Part shown: positions 1 through 9,851 of the stretch, piece after piece | How positions within the stretch are numbered: the first letter of the stretch is position 1 | How the letters are laid out: every line of letters starts with the position of its first letter | Source: Candidatus Saccharimonas aalborgensis | GTDB taxonomy: Bacteria; Patescibacteriota; Saccharimonadia; Saccharimonadales; Saccharimonadaceae | Direction: 5' to 3' | DNA: 64,000 nt | Assembly (NCBI GenBank): GCA_049288955.1 | Contig: JBAQIS010000021.1 | Span: forward strand, 22,364 to 86,363 | Translations under genes and position numbers: made by a program | Notes under the pieces: generated by a model | Told to the model about the DNA's origin: nothing | Seen by the model: only the letters and a program-made list of their open reading frames with translations | Databases searched by the model: none

Positions 1-1
1 G

Positions 2-193
2 TTGGTGTTCCCCGGACGAAAAGAGATTCACGAGTCAGACATCGTTTTTTATCGCACTCTTGCTCCCTACAACCCCGCGCTTCTATTGGTACGAGAAATA
101 CGCGACGGTCACATTTATCAGGCAGATAGTGATGCCCGCAGCGGCTGGCGTGTCGCGACGAAGTTTGCCTATCGGCGCATCAAGACAAGCTAG
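2..193 (+). CDS. 3' end of an unidentified CDS that begins upstream of the window
   Basis: Frame open from the window edge to a stop at 191-193; no motif recognised. Confidence 0.3.
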   Translation: MVFPGRKEIHESDIVFYRTLAPYNPALLLVREIRDGHIYQADSDARSGWRVATKFAYRRIKTS

Positions 194-205
194 AGTTTCC
201 GTGCC

Positions 206-1534
206 CTATACGGTATTGAATTGCAGAGAAGTGTCACGCAAATCAAGCACAACTAGATGTTCGATGTGTGGCGTACGCGGAAAGAAGTTATACCCTTGAT
301 GATGCGCAATACCATACGCTGTCGCTAATAGCGCAACATCACGTGCTTGAGTAGAGGGATTGCAACTGAGATAGATAATTCTTTGTGGTCTTACAGAGAG
401 CAGCCTGGTGATGACGTCTCGGTGGAGTCCTGCGCGGGGTGGATCTACGATAACGGTTGTGTACGGCTTAATGTAGTCGAGCGATTTTTCGCTCGGCGCA
501 AGGACAGCTTTGGCATTGCTCTCTAGGCGTTTAATGTTTCGTTTCATTTCTCTAACGGCATTTTCATCAATCTCGATCAATGTACACTCGTCGCCACCTA
601 TCGTAAGCCCGATGGTACCGACCCCACTATAGAGATCGATGGTCTGTGTGTCAGCAACGACCCATCGCTTTAGGTCATGGAGCACTTGTTCGTAAACAGG
701 AAGATTTATTTGGAAAAAACTCTCTGCGGCGTAATTAAATGGAACACCAAGGAGAATATCTGAGAGAGCTATCTCTCCGTATTGAGCTAACCGTTTGGTA
801 ATACGACTGGCGGGGCTTTTAGGGTCGCTATAGATAAGCTCTCCGCCCTGAGCTGTTAGGTTTGAAGCTTCTTTGGTGGTGATAAGATCTGGATTGACTT
901 CTTTTAGATAAAGCTGCCAGACACACTGGCCTGACTTATCGCAACGAATAAGGAGAGTTTTGAGCTGACGTGCTGTTACTTTCTTGGCACGTAAAAGATC
1001 GCGAATTTCTTTTGCAAGTTTCATCATTGAGTCGGGCAATAGCGAGCACGCGTCGATCGTAATTTTACCTTTTGAGCCGCGCCGAAAAAACGCCAGATCG
1101 AGTGTTTCGCCTCCGTTTTTGTCAGCGTCACTGTACCAGCTAAACTCGACTTTGTTGCGATAGTGATCGATATGTCCATCACTATACATTTCGATAGGAT
1201 TTGGGAGGACTATATCGTGTAGTTCAAACGCTTCTTCAATTAGTGCAGCTTTGTAATGTTGCTCGGCCGAGAATTTCATGAATTGCCATGGACTAGTACT
1301 AAGATAACTATCGGGGTCCGCTGGCGAAATACGTTCAGTCGAGGACGTCTTTAGCTCTGAGACAACTCCTTCGACAAAATGAGATTTCTTTTTTGTGACC
1401 CGAAACGCAACAGTTTCACCAGGCAGCCCGCCCCAGACGAGTGCTTTGCGCCCATCATCGAGCGTGCCAAGGGCCTGTCCCCCACCGATGATAGTATCGA
1501 GCAGGACGGTGTGGCTGAGAGCAGGTTTTGTCAT
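206..1534 (-). CDS. SAM-dependent RNA (uracil-5)-methyltransferase, RumA/RlmD/TrmA family, N-terminal TRAM-like domain
   Basis: 442 aa; family motifs VIVDPPRAGL and IIYLSCNPSTQARD near the C-terminus; N-terminal segment GETVAFRVTKKKSHFVEGVV looks TRAM-like. Confidence 0.85.
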   Translation of the reverse strand: MTKPALSHTVLLDTIIGGGQALGTLDDGRKALVWGGLPGETVAFRVTKKKSHFVEGVVSELKTSSTERISPADPDSYLSTSPWQFMKFSAEQHYKAALIEEAFELHDIVLPNPIEMYSDGHIDHYRNKVEFSWYSDADKNGGETLDLAFFRRGSKGKITIDACSLLPDSMMKLAKEIRDLLRAKKVTARQLKTLLIRCDKSGQCVWQLYLKEVNPDLITTKEASNLTAQGGELIYSDPKSPASRITKRLAQYGEIALSDILLGVPFNYAAESFFQINLPVYEQVLHDLKRWVVADTQTIDLYSGVGTIGLTIGGDECTLIEIDENAVREMKRNIKRLESNAKAVLAPSEKSLDYIKPYTTVIVDPPRAGLHRDVITRLLSVRPQRIIYLSCNPSTQARDVALLATAYGIAHHQGYNFFPRTPHIEHLVVLDLRDTSLQFNTV

Positions 1535-1543
1535 CTGTTTATT

Positions 1544-2932
1544 TTAGCGCGGAATCAGCGAATAAAACAGCACTAGACTGGCGGCAGCCATGAGTATGAA
1601 CGCGGCAAATACGCCCGTGTTGCTCCAGCGAGAGTTTTTGTATTCTCCCATAATGTCGGGGTTGTTACCGACGCGCCATATCATATACAGAAGCGGAACT
1701 GATGCAACCGCATTGAATACGGCGGTAAAGATCAACGCTTGGATAGGATCGATGCCGATGATATTTATGAGCAGTCCTGCAAGTGTGGCCAGAGCGATAA
1801 TGCCATAAAAACCGTGCGCTTTTTTGAATTTACGGTACAAGCCTTCTTTGATACCCAGTGCCTCACTAATAGCATAGCTTGATGATCCAGCCAGGACGGG
1901 TACAGCGAGCAGGCCAATGCCGATGATACCGACGCTAAAGAGCAGTTTGGCGACAAGGCCGGCGTTGGGGAAGCCCTGCACGAGTGGCTCAAGTGCCGCC
2001 GCAGCATCCTGGGCATTATTGATCTGACTGATATGTCCATGCAGCGCCGCAGCGCAGGCGATGACGATAAACCAAGCGGAAATGCTAGCCAGACTCATAC
2101 CTGCGATGTTGTCGAGGCGTATCTTGCGAATAAAGCGTTTGCTGATATGCGGTTTGGCGCCTGTCGACAGATTACTAATACGATGAGTTTCAACCTCATC
2201 CTCGACGACCTCTCCAGTGTTCCAAAAGAAGAGATAGGGGCTAATAGTTGTCCCTAATATACCAACGATGATATAAATTGTGTCTTTGTCCATCGTGACA
2301 TTGGGGATGAAGGTGCTATGGAACACCTCTCCCCAGTTCTGGACAACCATAAATGAGGTAATGGGATAGGCAAACAGCGCGATAGCGAGCCATTTGAGGA
2401 TTTTTGCGTACTGGCGGTACGGTACAAGGATTTGCAGGAGCACACAAAGCAGCGCAAAAAAGACAGCGAGACCGATGAATGGTATCTCTGGGAAAAAGAG
2501 TTGCAGTGTGGCTGACATAGCGGCTAGGTCACTCCCGATGTTGACAGTGTTCGCAATAACAACCAAGAAGACTGCAGTATAGAGTACTTTTCGGCTGTAA
2601 TATTTCTTGAGGAGTGCTGCTAGCCCGTCACCCGTGACGGCTCCAATACGAGCACAACTTTCTTGGACGGCCAAAAGAAGCGGGTACATAATCGGGAATA
2701 GCCAAAGCAGTCCATATTTGTAGATGGTGCCAGCTTGACTATACGTGGCAATACCGCTCGGATCATCGTCGGCTGCGCCGGTCACTACCCCTGGCCCGAG
2801 CACTCGCACGAATCGGCTGAAGCGATTGTAATGATGGTGGGCACGTTTGAGATTTTCTTCGCGAGCGTTTGAGGCGGCGTGTTGGTCGTGATTGCCGACA
2901 AGGTCATGAATCCAGGTATAGAGATTTGCCAT
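1544..2932 (-). CDS. NRAMP-family divalent metal cation transporter
   Basis: 462 aa polytopic membrane protein; N-terminal GPGVVTGAADDDPSGIATYSQAG resembles the Nramp signature region. Confidence 0.8.
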   Translation of the reverse strand: MANLYTWIHDLVGNHDQHAASNAREENLKRAHHHYNRFSRFVRVLGPGVVTGAADDDPSGIATYSQAGTIYKYGLLWLFPIMYPLLLAVQESCARIGAVTGDGLAALLKKYYSRKVLYTAVFLVVIANTVNIGSDLAAMSATLQLFFPEIPFIGLAVFFALLCVLLQILVPYRQYAKILKWLAIALFAYPITSFMVVQNWGEVFHSTFIPNVTMDKDTIYIIVGILGTTISPYLFFWNTGEVVEDEVETHRISNLSTGAKPHISKRFIRKIRLDNIAGMSLASISAWFIVIACAAALHGHISQINNAQDAAAALEPLVQGFPNAGLVAKLLFSVGIIGIGLLAVPVLAGSSSYAISEALGIKEGLYRKFKKAHGFYGIIALATLAGLLINIIGIDPIQALIFTAVFNAVASVPLLYMIWRVGNNPDIMGEYKNSRWSNTGVFAAFILMAAASLVLFYSLIPR

Positions 2933-2991
2933 TTTGTTACGCGTTATACATTAAGTTGGTTATGCTCATTGTAGCACAGGCTATAGTGAGA

Positions 2992-4257
2992 CTATAGGTA
3001 TTTTTTTAAGTTGTTTGCATGGGCAATGAGTTGGCTATTGGCAGATTTCTTTGCGTACTGGCTCATATGGTGGATAGTTTTTGAGTGGCGCGCGATCGTC
3101 TTTGTATCGAGATGCGTTCCAAGTTTGCTCTGCTCTGCAAAGAAAAGTGCCTCATAGCATCGACGAATTAGAGGCTCTGAACCCGCATGTTTATACGCAT
3201 CGATCGCTGCTTGATAACGGTGGGCATTGTAATGATAGGTTCCTTCAGAGATATAACTTTCCTTCACCAGCTCACTGCGTTTTGGAGCAAACTCAGCAAA
3301 GCGTCGCGCGGCCTTGAAGTCGTGATGCTGCATATAATAAATCGCACCATTATTCCCCACCACTCCGCGTAGGTGAATGTCGCGGCTTTGTTTGGCATAT
3401 TCCAGTGCGGGCATAAATCGCTCACGCTTCATAAGTATGGTGATAAGCGAGCTATAGGCAGCTTCGAGGTTGTGTTGTGCGAGGTGGCGCTCGTGACTGA
3501 GAAGGTGCGCAAATCGGGCTGCTTGCAAGAACTCTTTTGGTGAAACTTCATGCGTGGTGAGGTAGAGATCACTGGTATCAAGTAGGTTGACGCTGACAAT
3601 TTCCTCAACAGGGAGCAACCGAGCTTCTTTAGTATGCTGATAATTCGTAACGGTGCCATTGGTTGCTTCAATGTCAATACCGCCGTAGTGAAGTGCAACA
3701 TGACCCGGGAACAATCGTACCTGAAGGTCGCTTACATCGAAGTATCGCGAGTAAAGGTAGATATAAAGCGTAACGATCTGGTTGCAGTCGCCGACGAGAG
3801 TGTCCTTGGATGGGTTTTGCAGAAGACGACCGAATGAACTGGACGCTTGATACACGTACAGTCCCCTTTCCGGGGAGAAATAATCGAGTAGCTGTTGGAT
3901 GATGTTGAGACGCTCGGGGTCTGCTTTGCTATGAGGTACCGAAGCGATAGTGTGATGAGCGAGTGAACTACTACCTGGATGAGCCTGACGGAACCTCTCG
4001 AAGTCTGCTGCTATGAGGTCGAGATTTGCATAGAGTTCACGGCGCTTTGATTTTTTGAGATAGCGATAGCCTTTGTAGGCATATTCAGTCCATAGATTGA
4101 GGGCAGCGATGTCGCGCTGGAGGAGTGACTTGAGACGAGCTCTTGTTTGGGCTTGATTATTATGTTCGGTCAGTGTTCCAAAAAATTGTCCGACCGACCG
4201 CTCGTGCTCGTTGGCGTAAGAACTGAAGAAAAAATAGATGCTGCGCACAAGGCTCAT
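2992..4257 (-). CDS. Hypothetical protein, possible transglutaminase-like Cys/His core plus helical-repeat C-terminus
   Basis: 421 aa; LVGDCNQIVTLYIYLY then FPGHVALHYGGIDIEATNG (Cys...His...acid spacing like the transglutaminase/papain-like fold); start overlaps the ackA stop by 4 nt. Confidence 0.55.
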   Translation of the reverse strand: MSLVRSIYFFFSSYANEHERSVGQFFGTLTEHNNQAQTRARLKSLLQRDIAALNLWTEYAYKGYRYLKKSKRRELYANLDLIAADFERFRQAHPGSSSLAHHTIASVPHSKADPERLNIIQQLLDYFSPERGLYVYQASSSFGRLLQNPSKDTLVGDCNQIVTLYIYLYSRYFDVSDLQVRLFPGHVALHYGGIDIEATNGTVTNYQHTKEARLLPVEEIVSVNLLDTSDLYLTTHEVSPKEFLQAARFAHLLSHERHLAQHNLEAAYSSLITILMKRERFMPALEYAKQSRDIHLRGVVGNNGAIYYMQHHDFKAARRFAEFAPKRSELVKESYISEGTYHYNAHRYQAAIDAYKHAGSEPLIRRCYEALFFAEQSKLGTHLDTKTIARHSKTIHHMSQYAKKSANSQLIAHANNLKKYL

Positions 4258-5438
4258 AGCGCTACTGTACGCGTCAGTGTCTGCGCATGTTTTGCGATTT
4301 CAAGCGATTCGTTGGCGGGAATAACAATGATGGGACGCGACTTTGCGGCTTGGCTAACACTTGTTAGTTTTTCGGGCGAGGTACAAGCATCATTGAGATC
4401 GCCGTCGAGGATAAAATCGATAAACTCAAGGTGCGCGACGATTCGTTTACGTATGACGGCCGAACGCTCCCCCACTGTGCCCGTAAACACCAGCAGGTCA
4501 CAGCCATTAAGAGCGACAATCATACTTCCTATCGCCTTATGTAGACTATGGATCAACGTATCAAGTGCGAGGTGAGCCATGTGGTTGCCATCGGCCTCAC
4601 GCGAGATCAGCTCGCGAATATCGTTACTCCCAGAAAGCCCGAGGAGCCCTGCCTGTCTATTGAGGTATTCCTCAATTTCGTCGTCATTCATTTGCAAGTT
4701 TTTTTTGAGAGCTTTGACCGCTCCAAAATCAATCGAGCCACTGCGTGAGGCCATGATGACACCTTCGAGCGGGGAGTACCCCATTGATGTGTCGATACTA
4801 CGACCGTGAAACACCCCTGTCACCGACGAGCCGCTACCTAGATGACAGACGACGACTTTCGGTGGTAGCTTGCCACGATCCCAGAGTGCATCGATTGCCG
4901 CGGCTACTGATAGTCCGTGGTAGCCAAATCGTTTGATGTCAAATTGATCAGCATCATGAATGGCGATACCGTAGTTCCACGCATAATTTGGCTTGGTCGC
5001 ATGAAAGGCGCTATCGCTCACACCCACGATGGTAGCCTCGGGGTATGCTTCGCGCAAGCGACGGAGTTCCTCAAGAGACGCGTCGACATGGAGCGGTGCA
5101 TGTTCACGAACTTCCTGAAGTTTGGCGGCCACCTCGTCGTTGATAATGTGGTCACTCATAAAATAACTACTGGGCGCGACAATGCGGAGGCCAATTGTCG
5201 CAATCGTTTCATTTTCCTCGATACTATGGTGGTAGCGAAAGATGGTAGTGAGATGTGACGCCGACTCAGCTAGATCACTATACTCGAGAGGCACATCTGT
5301 TGTTGTTTGATGATGGTGCAATGTCGCGGTGAGGCGCTCACCGACCGTCTCGACATGAAGTTCCGCACGAAGCTGGAGGGTGTCGTCATAAAGAGCGTAT
5401 TTTCGACTTGAGCTGCCGGGATTAGCAACGATGATCAT
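4254..5438 (-). CDS. ackA: Acetate kinase
   Basis: 394 aa; N-terminal MIIVANPGSSSRKYALY, FGYHGLS motif, typical length; 14 nt downstream of the phosphoketolase gene. Confidence 0.9.
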   Translation of the reverse strand: MIIVANPGSSSRKYALYDDTLQLRAELHVETVGERLTATLHHHQTTTDVPLEYSDLAESASHLTTIFRYHHSIEENETIATIGLRIVAPSSYFMSDHIINDEVAAKLQEVREHAPLHVDASLEELRRLREAYPEATIVGVSDSAFHATKPNYAWNYGIAIHDADQFDIKRFGYHGLSVAAAIDALWDRGKLPPKVVVCHLGSGSSVTGVFHGRSIDTSMGYSPLEGVIMASRSGSIDFGAVKALKKNLQMNDDEIEEYLNRQAGLLGLSGSNDIRELISREADGNHMAHLALDTLIHSLHKAIGSMIVALNGCDLLVFTGTVGERSAVIRKRIVAHLEFIDFILDGDLNDACTSPEKLTSVSQAAKSRPIIVIPANESLEIAKHAQTLTRTVAL

Positions 5439-5452
5439 AGAGTGTCCGCCCT

Positions 5453-7855
5453 CTAGTTAGTTTGACCATGCCAGGCTTCTTCCTCTGTCTTGACGAGTCC
5501 GCGTGCTGCGGGCCACACCCACGCATCAAGTTCCGGTAGATCGATACCATTGGCTTTGATGTATTCAGTATTTTCGTCGATCTTTGCCTTGTATTTTGCG
5601 GCGAGATGCTCAGCTTCTTCAAATGGCATTACACCATCGTGGCCTAATTGTTTGAAAGCAGCAATCACCAAGTCGTAGCGACTGGTCTCATTTCGGACGT
5701 GCATGTCAAATGGCGTAGTTGTACTGCCAATCTCTTTGTAGCCGCGGACATCAAACCGCGTCGAATCGACTGCGTAGTTAAAGAGTACCGACTTGACAGT
5801 TTGAGGATAGCCATGGAAGTTGAAGATAACTGGTTTGTCCTCTGTAAAGATATGATCAAACAGTTTTTGGTCGGCGGTGTTGTTGAGTGTCCCAAATCCC
5901 ATGGTGGTGAGACTACTGACATTGACACAGCGCAGACGCACTTCGGGGCGTTCAGTCTTGATGATATCAATGGCGGCCATAATCTCTTTCGTTGGGTAAT
6001 CACCTGCTGCAGCCATGATGAGATCGGGATTATCGTCTGACGCAAAGTCCCACACCAGCACTCCTTGATCGATTTGTTCGCGAGCTTTATTTACATCCAG
6101 CCAACGTGGTTCGACAGTTTTGCCGGCGACAATGGCATTGATTTGACGTACGCTCGTCAGCATTTTCTCGAGAACAACCAGTGAACAGTTACCATCTGCC
6201 GGGAAATAGACATCGCTAAAGTTGCTTTGGCGACGAAGCAGGTCGTCGATAAAGCCAGGGTTTTGGTGGCTAAAACCGTTGTGATCCTGGCGCCATCCAC
6301 TACTTGTGAGGATGTAGTTGATGCTCGGAATTGTCCCTCGCCAGGAAACACCGCGGCTTTGCGTCAAAAACTTGGCATACTGATCGACCATGCTGCTGAC
6401 TACTTGCAGAAATGCTTCGTAACTGGCAAACATGGCATGACGACCAGTCAACACATAGCCCTGCATGAGTCCTTGCATGTTGTGTTCGGAGAGCATTTCC
6501 ATGACTCGACCATCTTGGGAGAGGTCTTTGTCCCACTCGCGTAGCGGCCATTGCCAGCTACGAGAAGTTGCTTTGAATATATCGTCAAGCTTATTGCTAT
6601 ACGTTTCGTCTGGAGACATAAATCGAAAGTTCTTCGTCTCGGCGTTGAGACGGAATACCTCTTCGAGATAGAGGCCGGTGCGGCGCATCGAGCTGCTGCC
6701 CATCGTACCTGGTACGGTGGCGTCTTCGGCAAATTGCTCGACGCTAGGAAGCCGGAGCGGTGTGTACACACTGTCGCCGCCATGAGCATGTCGGCTTCTT
6801 CCCATACGCTTTTCAGGATTTTCTGGCAAAATATCACCGACAAAGCTACCAAAGCCCTGCTCTTCGCTAAATAGCTCACCAAACCTGTAGCCACCTAACC
6901 ATTCATTGAGCATAGCCAACTGATGTTCGTCAGTTTTTGCCTCAGTTAGAACCACCTGGTGCGCCAGGCAGTTTCCCTCGATCTTGTCGCCGTCAAGTTC
7001 TTTTGGTCCTGTCCAGCCCTTGAGGGTACGCATGATAAGCATTGGCAGACGGGGACAAACGGTGTCTTGAGAGATTTTTAGCTCCTCGATAGTTGTATGA
7101 GCCCAATCAAGGGCTTCCGCCATACGATCATGGGCTTCATTTTCGTCGCAGTCAGTGGTATCGACAATCCGCGGCTCGTAGCCATAGCCACTAAAGAGTG
7201 TCATCAATTCGTAATTGCTCATGCGGCCATAGATGGTTGGTTGAGAAATCTTATAGCCATTGAGATGAAGAATCGGCAAGACCACGCCATCCTTGCGTGG
7301 GTTGACGAGTTTATTGAGGTGCCATGCTCCGGCAGTTGGGCCCGTTTCGGCTTCGCCGTCTCCGACAAGACAGGCCACGATCAGGCCAGGATTATCGAGG
7401 ATAGCGCCAAAGCTGGTACTTAGGCTATATCCCAGCTCACCTCCTTCGAGAATTACCCCAGGAGTTTCGGGATTTGAGTGACTTGGGTAGCCATACGGCC
7501 AACTAAACTCACGGCACAGACGACGGATGCCGTCGAGATTGACTGGAAGCGAGGGGTCAACATGAGTTAGCGTCCCCTCGAGGAAGAGATTTGCCTGAAG
7601 CGCAGGGAATCCATGCCCTGGACCGAGGACAAACATCATGTCTTGGTCGTATTTTTTTGCAAAACGACTAAGGTGCGCATAAGCAAAGTTGATGCCTGGC
7701 CCACTGCCCCAGTGTCCAAGAAGTCGGCTCTTGACGTCATCAAACGTTATCTCACGCTTCATGAGGTGGTTGTCTGCTAAAAAGATTTGAGCGACTGTCA
7801 AATAGTTGACAGCACGCAAATATTGGCCCATCGAGTGTTTTTCGTGATTATTCAT
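5453..7855 (-). CDS. xfp: Xylulose-5-phosphate/fructose-6-phosphate phosphoketolase
   Basis: About 800 aa from MNNHEKHSMGQYLRAVNYL; LLGHWGSGPG and GDGEAETG (ThDP-binding) motifs. The ORF-track start at 7981 adds an implausible hydrophobic extension, so the start was moved to the ATG at 7855. Confidence 0.9.
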   Translation of the reverse strand: MNNHEKHSMGQYLRAVNYLTVAQIFLADNHLMKREITFDDVKSRLLGHWGSGPGINFAYAHLSRFAKKYDQDMMFVLGPGHGFPALQANLFLEGTLTHVDPSLPVNLDGIRRLCREFSWPYGYPSHSNPETPGVILEGGELGYSLSTSFGAILDNPGLIVACLVGDGEAETGPTAGAWHLNKLVNPRKDGVVLPILHLNGYKISQPTIYGRMSNYELMTLFSGYGYEPRIVDTTDCDENEAHDRMAEALDWAHTTIEELKISQDTVCPRLPMLIMRTLKGWTGPKELDGDKIEGNCLAHQVVLTEAKTDEHQLAMLNEWLGGYRFGELFSEEQGFGSFVGDILPENPEKRMGRSRHAHGGDSVYTPLRLPSVEQFAEDATVPGTMGSSSMRRTGLYLEEVFRLNAETKNFRFMSPDETYSNKLDDIFKATSRSWQWPLREWDKDLSQDGRVMEMLSEHNMQGLMQGYVLTGRHAMFASYEAFLQVVSSMVDQYAKFLTQSRGVSWRGTIPSINYILTSSGWRQDHNGFSHQNPGFIDDLLRRQSNFSDVYFPADGNCSLVVLEKMLTSVRQINAIVAGKTVEPRWLDVNKAREQIDQGVLVWDFASDDNPDLIMAAAGDYPTKEIMAAIDIIKTERPEVRLRCVNVSSLTTMGFGTLNNTADQKLFDHIFTEDKPVIFNFHGYPQTVKSVLFNYAVDSTRFDVRGYKEIGSTTTPFDMHVRNETSRYDLVIAAFKQLGHDGVMPFEEAEHLAAKYKAKIDENTEYIKANGIDLPELDAWVWPAARGLVKTEEEAWHGQTN

Positions 7856-7949
7856 GCTAATGCTTAGTATACACCGTATCGTCAGTAGTTGAAAATACAT
7901 AAAAAAGCGTATACTAAATACATAGCAGCGATACGTGAGGAGGTAGTGT

Positions 7950-8354
7950 ATGGTAAGCATCAAGTCTATCGAGGGAATCAAACCGGCGTATCAGGAAAAA
8001 CTCTTGTCGATCGGTATACGTACCACAGATCAATTACTTGAAGTCGGTGCCACTTCTACTGGCCGTATGCGTATTGCCGATGAGACCCACCTCTCTGAAA
8101 CACAGGTAAAAGAATGGGTTCATCGGGCTGATCTCCTGCGCATTCACGGCATTAGCCATGAAGTCGCTGATCTTTTAGCGCGTGTTGGCGCTTGTACTGT
8201 TCCCAAACTTGCCTACCGTCAAGCGGTGTCGCTGCACGATGATTTAGTTAGCTACAATGCTGCGCATCACGTTGTCAAACACGTTCCGACAGTTGGTGAG
8301 GTTGAGGCTATTTTGAAGGCAGCGAAGCGGTTGCCAAAGATGATTCACCATTGA
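7950..8354 (+). CDS. DUF4332-like helix-hairpin-helix protein
   Basis: 134 aa; two HhH-like segments (IEGIKPAYQEKLLSIGIRT, IHGISHEVADLLARVG). Confidence 0.55.
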   Translation: MVSIKSIEGIKPAYQEKLLSIGIRTTDQLLEVGATSTGRMRIADETHLSETQVKEWVHRADLLRIHGISHEVADLLARVGACTVPKLAYRQAVSLHDDLVSYNAAHHVVKHVPTVGEVEAILKAAKRLPKMIHH

Positions 8355-8381
8355 GAAGTAAATGAAACCTAGAGGAGGAAT

Positions 8382-8963
8382 ATGGATTTACAAGCGCGTA
8401 TCACGGACCTTATTAAAGGAAATATCAGCGATTCTATCGGCCGATCAACGGGGGTAAGCCAGTCAGATGTTGAGCACGTTATCACTGCTGGGTTACCGAT
8501 GATCATTGGACAAATGGGCAATAATGTCAGTTCACCTGACGGCGCGACTGCCCTTGACGCTGCAATCGGCAAGGATCATGCTGGTGGTTCACTCCTCGAT
8601 AGCCTCGGTTCTCTCTTTGAGATGCCAACAACGCAACAAGATGGGAGCAAGATCCTCGACCATGTATTGGGAGCAAATAGTACTGTAGTCACAAATCGAT
8701 TGTCGAAGCAAACAGGGGTAGACCCGGCAGCCGTGATGAAGATATTGGCCTTCGCGGCACCGCTTATCATGGCATTTCTAGGGCGCGAGAAACAATCACA
8801 AAACCTCGATGCCGGCGGCATAGCGGACATCTTGAAGGGTCAGCGAACACCAAATGGTAGTCTTCTAACCGAGCTTGCTTCGACCGTGCTGACTGCTTCA
8901 GGATCAAAAAAATCCGGCGGTTTGCTCGGATCGTTATTGAGCGGCTTATTTGGTCGGCGATAG
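8382..8963 (+). CDS. DUF937-like protein
   Basis: 193 aa; RBS GGAGGA upstream; repeated Gly/Leu-rich pattern resembling DUF937; assignment is weak. Confidence 0.5.
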   Translation: MDLQARITDLIKGNISDSIGRSTGVSQSDVEHVITAGLPMIIGQMGNNVSSPDGATALDAAIGKDHAGGSLLDSLGSLFEMPTTQQDGSKILDHVLGANSTVVTNRLSKQTGVDPAAVMKILAFAAPLIMAFLGREKQSQNLDAGGIADILKGQRTPNGSLLTELASTVLTASGSKKSGGLLGSLLSGLFGRR

Positions 8964-9242
8964 CGTATCGCGACTACTGTTTATCTGCTGGAGATGGTTC
9001 ACAGAAAGTTTCAACTGCGGCAAATGCAATATGACCAAGCGGTAGACCGCCGCGTGTTTGCTCAACCTCGCTTGTACTCACTCTTGGATAAATAAACACA
9101 TCTGGTGAACCCTCACACTGAACCGGTGGTCGTGTGTGGTCGATAGGATCGCCATGAGTTGATTTTGGGGTGTGCACTTCAGACATAAGTATAGACATCA
9201 TACACTAAATTGTCGATACTGTCAATGCTCTCTAACCTGAAT

Positions 9243-9815
9243 CTACGGTTGGCGACCAATTTCGTAAGAACAAATATGAAAATTATTTGTGGCGGTCGTA
9301 CTGGTGACGATGGCGTACCCACCTATCGTACTGGGGCATGTACCCTTATCGCTAATGACCATATCGATCCGGACACTTTTGCTATCTGATCCACCCGTAG
9401 GGTTAAAATAAGCGCCCCGATACCAATCATTTGGACTACTTACGATGGCGGTTTGCATAGCTGGGGTGGGTTCACTACTCATGTATGGGCTCAGTGCCGC
9501 GCTAAATGTACTATCGCTAACAATTCCAGTGCTAGCTGATGATTGCCGACACTGGTAGCCGGACGCATCAGCCTCATTTACGCCATATTTATAGTTAGTT
9601 CCAAGGCAGCTCGCCATTGAGGGGAAACTGTTATTTCGGGCTTTGTACATCTGGATAGCTTTTGCCCACTGGTTGACAGCAGTAGTTGTTTGACTGTCGC
9701 GCGCTCTTGCCGAGGCAGTGCTGTATGACACGATACCAATAGTCGCAAGAATGACAATGATCACGATCACGATGACGAGTTCGACAATGGTAAATCCGCT
9801 TTTGCTTTTTGCCAT
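9243..9815 (-). CDS. Type IV pilin (prepilin-type N-terminal cleavage/methylation domain)
   Basis: Start moved to MAKSKSGFTIVELVIVIVIIVILATIGIVSY (G/F cleavage site, Glu5, hydrophobic helix); 190 aa with C-terminal Cys pairs. Confidence 0.85.
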   Translation of the reverse strand: MAKSKSGFTIVELVIVIVIIVILATIGIVSYSTASARARDSQTTTAVNQWAKAIQMYKARNNSFPSMASCLGTNYKYGVNEADASGYQCRQSSASTGIVSDSTFSAALSPYMSSEPTPAMQTAIVSSPNDWYRGAYFNPTGGSDSKSVRIDMVISDKGTCPSTIGGYAIVTSTTATNNFHICSYEIGRQP

Positions 9816-9851
9816 AGCATCAGTATAGACGGTAAGCGGTATAATAAAAGG

